From Candidatus Zymogenaceae bacterium (lineage in GTDB: Bacteria > Desulfobacterota > Zymogenia > Zymogenales > Zymogenaceae): DNA of 64,000 nt. Position numbers and translations under genes: made by a program. The stretch lies in contig JAFGAS010000025.1 in the NCBI GenBank assembly GCA_016933535.1, forward strand, positions 105,145-169,144, written 5' to 3'. Shown here one piece after another: positions 58,728-64,000 of the stretch. A model generated the notes under the pieces. That model saw only the letters and a program-made list of their open reading frames with translations. It had not been told where the DNA came from and searched no databases. Each line of letters begins with the position of its first letter. The first letter of the stretch is position 1.

Positions 58728-60065
58728 ATGACAATAGCACACACAAAGAAGGACGTCCTTAAAATCGTCAAGGAACGTGATGTCAGCTTCATCCAGCTCT
58801 GGTTTACCGATATCCTGGGTATCCTCAAGAGCTTTGCCATCACCCCCGGCGAGCTGGAAGAGGCCATTGCGGAAGGAATGGGATTTGACGGTTCGTCCAT
58901 CGAGGGTTTTGCCCGAATCGAAGAGAGTGACATGATCGCAAAGCCCGATCCCACTACGCTGCAGTTCCTGCCGTGGCGCGGTGGCGATCGGCCCGTGGCG
59001 CGGATGTTCTGCGACATCCTTCAGCCGGACGGTGCCCCCTACGTCGGAGACACGCGGTACGCCCTCAAGAGGATCCTTCAGAAGGCAAAGGACCTGGGCT
59101 ATACCTACTATGTCGGCCCGGAGCTCGAATTCTTCTACTTTGCCGACAAGCACGGCACGGAGTTCCTCGACCAGGGCGGCTATTTCGACGCGCCGCCGCT
59201 CGACCTGGGTGGGAAGCTTCGGCGGGAGACCAACTTCGCACTGCAGGACCTGGGTATCTACGTAGAGTACAGCCACCACGAGGTTGCCCCGAGCCAGCAC
59301 GAGATCGATATGCGCTACGACGAGGCCCTGGCGATGGCCGACAAGGTCATGGGCTTCAAGGTGGCGGTCAAGGAAATCGCCCGGCTCAACGGGTGCTACG
59401 CCACCTTTATGCCCAAACCGGTCTTCGGGATCAACGGCAGCGGCATGCACGTCCACCAATCGCTGTTCAGGGAAGACAGGAACGCGTTTTACGATGAATC
59501 GGCCAAGGATGAGCTCAAGCTTTCCGATGACGCGAAACACTATATCGCCGGTATCCTGAAGCACGCCCGCGAGATCTGTGCCGTTACCAACCAGTGGGTC
59601 AATTCCTACAAACGGCTGGTCCCCGGCTACGAGGCGCCGGTCTATGTCAGTTGGGCGCGGCGCAACCGCTCCACGCTGGTGCGCGTACCCATGTACAAAC
59701 CCGGCAAGGAAAAGGCCACGCGTGTTGAGGTGCGCTTCCCCGACCCCGGCGCCAACCCCTACCTTGCGTTTGCGGTGATGCTGGCGGCCGGCCTCAAGGG
59801 TATCGAAAAGAAGTATGATCTTCCCAATACTATCGAGGAGGATATCTACCATTTCGACGCCGAGAAGCGGAAAAAATACAATATCACCGAGCTTCCGGGC
59901 AACCTCTATGAGGCGATCACCGAGCTCGAAAAGAGCGAGCTGATCAGGGAGGCCCTCGGCGACCATATCTTCGATAAGTTCGTCGAGAACAAGAAGATTG
60001 AATGGGACCGGTTCCGGACCCATGTCTCTCAGTATGAGCTTGATAATTACCTGTGGAGACTCTAA
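58728..60065 (+). CDS. glnA: Glutamine synthetase, type I
   Basis: 445 aa; conserved GS motifs (GPELEFF, NGSGMHVHQS, MPKP); AAGGAG RBS. Confidence 0.9.
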   Translation: MTIAHTKKDVLKIVKERDVSFIQLWFTDILGILKSFAITPGELEEAIAEGMGFDGSSIEGFARIEESDMIAKPDPTTLQFLPWRGGDRPVARMFCDILQPDGAPYVGDTRYALKRILQKAKDLGYTYYVGPELEFFYFADKHGTEFLDQGGYFDAPPLDLGGKLRRETNFALQDLGIYVEYSHHEVAPSQHEIDMRYDEALAMADKVMGFKVAVKEIARLNGCYATFMPKPVFGINGSGMHVHQSLFREDRNAFYDESAKDELKLSDDAKHYIAGILKHAREICAVTNQWVNSYKRLVPGYEAPVYVSWARRNRSTLVRVPMYKPGKEKATRVEVRFPDPGANPYLAFAVMLAAGLKGIEKKYDLPNTIEEDIYHFDAEKRKKYNITELPGNLYEAITELEKSELIREALGDHIFDKFVENKKIEWDRFRTHVSQYELDNYLWRL

Positions 60066-60312
60066 ACTAAAGTATCCCCACGGACACACGACGTGTGTCC
60101 GTGGGGCCCCATATAAAGAACCCTGTAAAGACCTCAATATTTCTTCAATACCGATCAGAATATGATTATCCCTTGTATCCATATTTTCACTGTGGTATCA
60201 TTTCTCGAATATATGCGCCGGTCGTCTTTCGATGCCCTTGTGGAAAACCTCATCGGCGGCGTGCCGTACCCGTTTTTTAGGGAAATGACTTACCTGATAA
60301 AGTGAAACAGAC

Positions 60313-62049
60313 ATGGGATTTTTGAGAATCGCACAGGCCCAGATCAATACGACCGTGGGCGATCTTGACGGCAACAGCGTAAAAATTGCATCTTTTATCG
60401 GCCGGGCCAAAGAACATAAGGCCGACATCGTTACCTTCCCCGAGCTTGCCGTAAGCGGTTACCCCCCGGAAGACCTCGTCCTTAAATCCCACTTTGTCAA
60501 GGACTGCACGGCCGCCGTACGGCGGATCGCCCGGGAAGTGACCGGCATTACGGTTCTGGTTGGATTTCCCGATTACGACGGGAAGGCGGTATACAACGCC
60601 GCGGCGCTCATCTGTGAAAAAGAGATCGTATCGGTCTATCACAAGATGGAGCTGCCCAACTACGGCGTATTTGACGAAAAACGCTACTTTACCCCGGGGA
60701 CAAAGTCGCTGATCTTTTCTATCAAGGGCGTCCCGATCCTCATTACCATCTGCGAGGATATCTGGATTGGGGGAAACGCGCTGGAAGAGTGCGGGAAGAA
60801 ACACGCTGTTGCGGTTTCTCTCAATATGTCCGGGTCACCGTATCACGCGGGCAAGCTCTCCATCCAGCAGGAGATCGCCGCCCGATTTGCCCGCAGCACC
60901 GGCTCATACCTCTGTTACAATAACCTCGTCGGTGGGCAGGATGAGCTTGTCTTCAACGGGACGAGCCTCGTGGTGGACCCCGACGGCAGGCTCGTTGCCC
61001 GAGCCGCCCTTTTTGACGAAGACCTGCTGGTCACCGATATCGAGATCGACCGTGCCGCGAAACCGGCCCATCCGGCGGGAACGTCGCCGGAGTGCGGGGA
61101 GGTCCCCGTCGTCCGCGGATATACCGGCGGTCCGCGGGAAAAGGCGGCGCCGTCCGTCTCCTGCCTTCCGAAGAGGGAAGAGGAGATCTACCGGGCCCTC
61201 GTTATGGGGACGGGCGATTATGTAAGAAAGAATAGATTTAAAAAGGTCGTCATGGGGCTTTCGGGAGGAATCGACTCATCTCTGGTGGCGGCCATTGCCG
61301 TGGATGCCCTGGGCGCCGAAAACGTCATCGGCGTCACCATGCCGTCTGCCTATACCTCTTCGGAGACCTTTTCGGACGCGGGCAGGCTCTCCAAAAACCT
61401 CGGCGTCCGGCTCATTACCTCTCCCATCAAGGAGATATTCTCCACCTATATCGATCGGTTATCGGAGGTCTTCGGCGATTCTGCGGAGGGGGTGTGGGCG
61501 GAAAACCTCCAGGCGCGCATCCGGGGAAATATCCTCATGGCGCTCTCGAATAAGTACGGCTGGATGGTGCTGACCACCGGCAACAAGAGCGAGACGGCCG
61601 TCGGCTACTCTACCCTCTACGGCGATACGGCCGGGGGCTTTGCCATCATCAAGGACGTGCCCAAGACGGTGGTCTATGAGCTTTCCGCCTATGTTAACGA
61701 GGCGGCCGGAAGAGAGGTCATCCCCAATTCCGTCATCGTCCGGCCCCCAACGGCAGAATTGCGCCCCAACCAGAAAGACGAGGACTCGCTGCCGCCCTAC
61801 GCGGTGCTCGACCCGATCCTGGCCCACTATGTGGAAGAGGACATGGCCCCCGAAGAGATCATCGCGCTGGGATTCGACGAGAAGCGGGTCTACGACACTA
61901 TTCGGCTGGTAGATATCAACGAGTACAAGCGGCGCCAGTCTCCCCCCGGTATCAAGATCACCCATAAGGCCTTCGGGCGCGACCGCAGGCTGCCCATCAC
62001 AAACCGGTACTTCGAGTATACGTCGAAAAATTCGAAGAAGAAGGAATAG
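60313..62049 (+). CDS. nadE: Glutamine-dependent NAD+ synthetase (N-terminal nitrilase domain plus NadE synthetase domain)
   Basis: 578 aa; CN-hydrolase domain with catalytic Cys (ICED) and PP-loop SGGIDSS in the C-terminal domain. Confidence 0.9.
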   Translation: MGFLRIAQAQINTTVGDLDGNSVKIASFIGRAKEHKADIVTFPELAVSGYPPEDLVLKSHFVKDCTAAVRRIAREVTGITVLVGFPDYDGKAVYNAAALICEKEIVSVYHKMELPNYGVFDEKRYFTPGTKSLIFSIKGVPILITICEDIWIGGNALEECGKKHAVAVSLNMSGSPYHAGKLSIQQEIAARFARSTGSYLCYNNLVGGQDELVFNGTSLVVDPDGRLVARAALFDEDLLVTDIEIDRAAKPAHPAGTSPECGEVPVVRGYTGGPREKAAPSVSCLPKREEEIYRALVMGTGDYVRKNRFKKVVMGLSGGIDSSLVAAIAVDALGAENVIGVTMPSAYTSSETFSDAGRLSKNLGVRLITSPIKEIFSTYIDRLSEVFGDSAEGVWAENLQARIRGNILMALSNKYGWMVLTTGNKSETAVGYSTLYGDTAGGFAIIKDVPKTVVYELSAYVNEAAGREVIPNSVIVRPPTAELRPNQKDEDSLPPYAVLDPILAHYVEEDMAPEEIIALGFDEKRVYDTIRLVDINEYKRRQSPPGIKITHKAFGRDRRLPITNRYFEYTSKNSKKKE

Positions 62050-62207
62050 GCGGTATCACAAGTCTAGCTGACAGGCGGAGCCTGTTAGAGGTCCGCTCTA
62101 TTAAAAACACGGATAACCTGTCGGTTGTCCGTGCCACCCATCGCCACAACGTCACCCCTGAATAGGGATAGGGGGTTGGCCGCAGTGCCTTCGAGGTACC
62201 CTGTCCC

Positions 62208-63035
62208 TTACTTCTCCTTCCTGATCTTCCTGAGATCGTCCATTGCCTTCCTCCCGATAAAATCCACCAGCCCCGGCCATATCTTATAGAGAAACCAGGC
62301 GATGCGGGCATCCGACCCAACGAGGATGATCGACTTATTCTTGGCGACGCCGGAGAGGATGATGTGCGCCGCGTCGTTGACCTCCGTCATCTTCTTCGGC
62401 TTATCGGTGAGATCGGCGGGGTCAAACCCGACCGCAATGTAGTTATCGAGGATCGGCGTCCTGATGAAACCGGGGCACACAACGCTCACCTTTACGCCGA
62501 GGGCCGCTCCCTCGCCGCGCAGAGACGTGGAGAGCCCCACCACCGCGTATTTGGTCAGGGAATAGCTTGTCTCCAGCGGCACCGGAATGAGGCCGGCCAG
62601 CGAGGCCGTGTTGACGATGTGACCGAAACCCTGCCTTACCATGACCCGATAGGCGGCCAGGGTCCCGGCCAGCACCCCCATGAGGTTGATATCGATAATC
62701 TTTTTCCAATGCTCGTCGGTCATATCCCGCGTCTCGCCGACGATGGCGATGCCGGCGTTATTGAACATATAGTCCAGGCGGCCGTGTTTCTTGATTACGT
62801 TATCGATGAGTTTCTTGATCTCGGCCGATTTCGTCACGTCGAGTTTTGCCGCGTAGGCGTTTCCTCCGGCCGCGCCGATTAGCTTTACGGTCTCCCGCGT
62901 TCCCGGTTCATTGATGTCGGCGGCGCAGACCGTAGTCCCGAGACGTCCCAATCGGGCAGCCACGGACCGCCCGATGCCGGAGGCCGCGCCGGTCACGACG
63001 ACAATCTTGTCTTTGAAGAGATCTTCCTTGTTCAT
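62208..63035 (-). CDS. SDR-family short-chain dehydrogenase/reductase
   Basis: TGAASGIG cofactor motif and YxxxK active-site (YSLTK). Confidence 0.8.
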   Translation of the reverse strand: MNKEDLFKDKIVVVTGAASGIGRSVAARLGRLGTTVCAADINEPGTRETVKLIGAAGGNAYAAKLDVTKSAEIKKLIDNVIKKHGRLDYMFNNAGIAIVGETRDMTDEHWKKIIDINLMGVLAGTLAAYRVMVRQGFGHIVNTASLAGLIPVPLETSYSLTKYAVVGLSTSLRGEGAALGVKVSVVCPGFIRTPILDNYIAVGFDPADLTDKPKKMTEVNDAAHIILSGVAKNKSIILVGSDARIAWFLYKIWPGLVDFIGRKAMDDLRKIRKEK

Positions 63036-63143
63036 GTCATATCCTTTTCAAAAAACGGGGTATCCGGGTTTAGTCGGCGCCGTGTCGTGTTGGCGTCCCC
63101 GACGAGCAGCTGTTTATATACGGGGTATCGCCGTAATGTACCG

Positions 63144-63845
63144 CTATATCCGTGCGATCATATCGGCCACCCAGCGATGGATCGGCGCCATGTGGGCGAA
63201 GCGCTCGTAGACATAATCGACAATCTTTGCCGAAAAGAGCTCGGCGGGGATCGGTTCCTCTAAGAAGGCCGTCATACCGTCATAGAGGAGCAGCTCGCTG
63301 TTTTCGTGGCCGGGGTCAAAACCGGCCGGCACTTTCTTGTAGTGCTTTCCCCAGACGTCGTAGCCCGGTCTTGACCGTACGGCGGCGATAGCTTCGGCCA
63401 ATTGAGGGCCGTAGACCGGATGAACGACGGCCTGGCGATAGGCCGCCAGCAGCGGCTTGGGGAAGAAATAGAGCCCGGAGCCGGTCATGATGCTATCCGG
63501 CTCGATATGAAAATAGAAGCCCGAATTCTCCATGCGGGGCCGGCCGCCCTCCCAGAACCAAAAGGCCAGGTGGGTCTTGTAGGGGCTCTTGTCCTTGGAA
63601 AAGCGGACGTCCCTGTTGAGGCGAAAGAGGGACCGGTTGACGCGGGGGTCGGCAATGATGTCGGGTGCGATGATCTGAAGCCGGGCGCCGATGGCCTGCA
63701 CGAATAACTGGGCCGGCGTCATGACGTAAGTCTGAAAGTCGGCCCGATGCTCGTCAAACCAGAGCTTCGTGTTGTTTTTGGCCAGTTCGGCAAAGAAGGC
63801 CGGGGTCTCGCGGAAAAATCCCGCGAAGGAATCACGGTCCGTCAT
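63144..63845 (-). CDS. Conserved hypothetical protein, DUF2461 (TIGR02453)-like
   Basis: 233 aa with the FF..L..NN...W pattern of this family; assignment from memory of the family profile. Confidence 0.5.
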   Translation of the reverse strand: MTDRDSFAGFFRETPAFFAELAKNNTKLWFDEHRADFQTYVMTPAQLFVQAIGARLQIIAPDIIADPRVNRSLFRLNRDVRFSKDKSPYKTHLAFWFWEGGRPRMENSGFYFHIEPDSIMTGSGLYFFPKPLLAAYRQAVVHPVYGPQLAEAIAAVRSRPGYDVWGKHYKKVPAGFDPGHENSELLLYDGMTAFLEEPIPAELFSAKIVDYVYERFAHMAPIHRWVADMIARI

Positions 63846-64000
63846 AATAGAACCTCGTTATGGTGTCCGATATGTGCCCCCTATGGACGGCGGGATCGGT
63901 TTGGGTCTTTGAATTGCCCTAGTCACTAAAAGTGTTGACAGGTGACGAGAGAATAAGTGACGAGTCACGGTCTTCCTGTTAAGATGGTTTAACCACAAAA

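Noticed and set aside
63935-64000. TTGACA plus tandem gtgacgag repeats at the extreme right edge, considered as a promoter/operator
   Set aside because: Lies within 65 bp of the window end with no downstream gene visible, and no convincing -10 hexamer at the right spacing. Cannot be evaluated.

Overview
GC-rich (about 62%) chromosomal segment, most consistent with an anaerobic deltaproteobacterial (Desulfobacterota-type) genome given the rnfABCDGE gene order and the gene content. Left third: a complete carbonyl branch of the Wood-Ljungdahl pathway, acsV(partial)-cooC-acsD-fdx-cooS-acsB-acsC-acsE-[hairpin repeats]-hyp-cooC2, converging with a minus-strand fhs-cooT-folD operon. Middle: an acyl-CoA/amino-acid metabolism block (three enoyl-CoA hydratases, an MR/MLE enolase, alanine dehydrogenase), a low-GC two-gene glycan-phosphotransferase islet, glmU-like/glmS, trkHA, a UvrD/PcrA helicase, orphan response regulators, and the rnfABCDGE operon with a long structured leader. 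Right third: dut, smpB plus tmRNA followed by a small degraded AT-rich islet carrying a second cluster of the same hairpin-repeat family and a GIY-YIG gene, then a sigma-54 nitrogen-assimilation block (NifA-like activator, -24/-12 promoter, amt-glnK, flotillin, glnA, nadE). No CRISPR array, rRNA, tRNA, integrase or transposase gene is visible. The most unusual items are the GC-hairpin repeat family present in two clusters (one inside the acs operon, one beside a GIY-YIG gene next to tmRNA), the amber-interrupted AT-rich ORF at the tmRNA 3' end, the low-GC TagF-like/cytidylyltransferase islet, a GlmU homolog with a degenerate uridyltransferase signature, and the heavily structured, operator-rich rnf leader. 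All calls rest on my reading of the translations and sequence motifs; no searches were run.
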